Virus record (IMG/VR): IMGVR_UViG_3300020202_001036
Location: 1-55,016 of that record
Direction: 5' to 3' (one strand)
DNA from: a virus
Taxonomy: Duplodnaviria; Caudoviricetes
DNA length: 55,016 nt
The notes under the pieces are model-generated. The model worked only from the letters and a program-made list of their open reading frames with translations. It was not told where the DNA came from and ran no database searches. The position numbers and the translations under genes are program-made. Below are positions 53,522 to 55,016 of the stretch, piece by piece; positions within the stretch are counted from its first letter, which is position 1; every line of letters starts with the position of its first letter.

Positions 53522-54213
53522 GACGCACCTCGCTGCGGGTGACAATCGACGAACGGGCCACCCATGCCCTCGTGTTCGATGATCCTCCGAACCGTGGCGG
53601 AGCCGATGTGACAGATGAGCTGGTGCGACTCCAGCCCGCTCGTCACCAGCGTTGGCTTGCACTCGCGGTATCGCGACGAGAGAATGAGCTGGATGAGCGT
53701 GGGCGACGCCGTCACGCCGACGTCATCGAGCACGATCCAGTCGGCCCGGTACGCGGTCTCGAGCAGCGCCGGAGTGCCGGTGCCGAGCTTGTAGCGACGC
53801 TCCGCATCCGTCAGTTCGAGCGCGTCGACCCAGCCCGTGCTGTACGGCTGCGACGCGCGATGCCGAGCGGCGCGCCAGCACCGCAGTGCCCATGCTGCAG
53901 CACTCGACTTGCCGCAGCCGGAGGGGCCGATGAAAAGCCCTCCGTACGCATCGGTGCGGCGGCGCTCGACTTCGGTCCTGAGCAGCGGATGGCACCGCGC
54001 CAGCAGCGATTGCGGCTGGCCCCGATACGCGCTGGGCATGTTCAGATCCGGCGCCAGCGGGCCCGGTCCTGCCGGCATGTCGTACTCGGGCGCGGGAGTG
54101 GCTGCGGCGGCTAGGAGCGCCAGGCGCAGCGGTTCACGCATCGGCGGGGTTGACGCTGGCGTTCCCAGCGCTTCGCGCTCATTGAGCGAACGTTCGATGT
54201 CTTCAGCGTTCAT
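53518..54213 (-). CDS. DnaC/IstB-like AAA+ helicase loader
   Basis: GLFIGPSGCGKSS Walker A; IVLDDVG Walker B; RY..KPTLVTS; coupled to the initiator. Confidence 0.85.
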   Translation of the reverse strand: MNAEDIERSLNEREALGTPASTPPMREPLRLALLAAAATPAPEYDMPAGPGPLAPDLNMPSAYRGQPQSLLARCHPLLRTEVERRRTDAYGGLFIGPSGCGKSSAAAWALRCWRAARHRASQPYSTGWVDALELTDAERRYKLGTGTPALLETAYRADWIVLDDVGVTASPTLIQLILSSRYRECKPTLVTSGLESHQLICHIGSATVRRIIEHEGMGGPFVDCHPQRGAS

Positions 54214-55016
54214 CGTATGACCTGTGCTTTCTCGAGGCCGGTCACGCCGGCATTGGGTTGGTTGGGGACGTCACGCCGATGGGGGCCCGCCCGCGCATGC
54301 CGCTTGGCGCTGTCGGTCTCGTTCCACGTGCGCCACTTGGGGAATTGGCGCCGGATGTAGTTCCGCAGCTCGCGGGCGAAGATGCCGCGTTGGCCCCCGA
54401 TGGGGCCGCGCTTCAGGTCGTTGAAGCGGTCGTCGATGGTGATCGGCGGGACGCCGGCGGCGATCGCCTCGGAGCGGAGCTCGTCGTCGAGCTCGTAGTC
54501 CACAGGAATCTCTTTGAGGACCGCTGACGAGGTGTCGGGCGCAGCGGATGGCGCCTCATGGTGCAACGACGTTGCATCGGTGCGGGCGCGCTCAGTGGTA
54601 GTAGAGGGAGGGGAGGGGAGGGGAGGGGAGGGGACGTTTTCAGGGTCCGATCTGGTCGGGCGGACACTGATCGGCTCCTGATTGGTCACTGACGCGGTCA
54701 GACGCTTTCTATCTTCGTAATCTCGTTGAGCTTTGGCCTTGCGTTCGAGCTCTTGCTCGACCTTCTCCCGGCTTGGATTGCGCTTGAGGTAGCCGACGAT
54801 CACGAGCTCGTCGCCGTCTCGGCGCGCCCTCGTCGAGGGCTCGACGAGGCCTCGACGGACCCCTGACGAGTCCTCGGCGGGGTCATACCAGGCCACCAAC
54901 CTTGCCTCGACGAGGGCGCTGAGTGCCTTCGCCCTGGTCTTGCTCCCGTAGAGGCGAGCGACCTCTTCGACCATGTCTCCCGGGACCCTGCCGTCGCTGA
55001 GTCGACGCGAACTCCA
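54210..55016 (-). CDS. Phage replication initiator, 3' part
   Basis: Open frame runs through the junction to ATG 246; GYLKRNPS motif; upstream of the DnaC-like gene. Confidence 0.8.
   Translation of the reverse strand, partial: WSSRRLSDGRVPGDMVEEVARLYGSKTRAKALSALVEARLVAWYDPAEDSSGVRRGLVEPSTRARRDGDELVIVGYLKRNPSREKVEQELERKAKAQRDYEDRKRLTASVTNQEPISVRPTRSDPENVPSPPLPSPPSTTTERARTDATSLHHEAPSAAPDTSSAVLKEIPVDYELDDELRSEAIAAGVPPITIDDRFNDLKRGPIGGQRGIFARELRNYIRRQFPKWRTWNETDSAKRHARAGPHRRDVPNQPNAGVTGLEKAQVIR
54605..54879. repeat. Candidate replication origin: 11-bp phased iterons and purine tract
   Basis: CTCGNCG at 54807, 54818, 54829, 54840, 54851, (54862), 54873; CTGAY at 54667, 54678, 54689; (AGGGG)5 at 54609-54633. 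Confidence 0.65.
54879..55016. repeat. Terminal direct repeat, copy 2
   Basis: Matches 1-138. Confidence 0.95.

Overview
This window appears to be a complete, circularly assembled, high-GC temperate phage genome of about 54.9 kb; 1-138 repeats 54879-55016 with one mismatch. It looks podovirus-like: portal, scaffold, capsid, adaptor, nozzle, three ejection-type proteins and a fibre, with no tape measure or sheath recognised. The host is probably a myxobacterium (Myxococcota), which is an inference. Two transcription arms diverge at about 4290-4415 and converge at about 39630. The leftward arm carries xis/int, a Fis-like gene, the replication initiator and DnaC-like loader, Dam, exonuclease/RecT and many small early genes. 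The rightward arm carries a LexA-like regulator, a methyltransferase, and the virion, lysis and sigma-factor genes. Main observations: (1) an ORF-less group I intron splits the major capsid gene after 20 nt, directly downstream of a free-standing GIY-YIG endonuclease; (2) a 1665-aa ejection-type protein carries an R-S-ExE ADP-ribosyltransferase module bounded by a repeated hairpin motif; (3) a perfect 103-bp in-frame inverted repeat joins two convergent lipoprotein genes, a candidate invertible metalloprotease switch; (4) a tandem GroES-like co-chaperonin sits in the head module; (5) attP probably lies inside the integrase gene; (6) 11-bp phased iterons lie inside the initiator gene; (7) an unnamed 38-aa domain is shared by three early genes. 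All calls come from reading motifs by eye; no searches were run.
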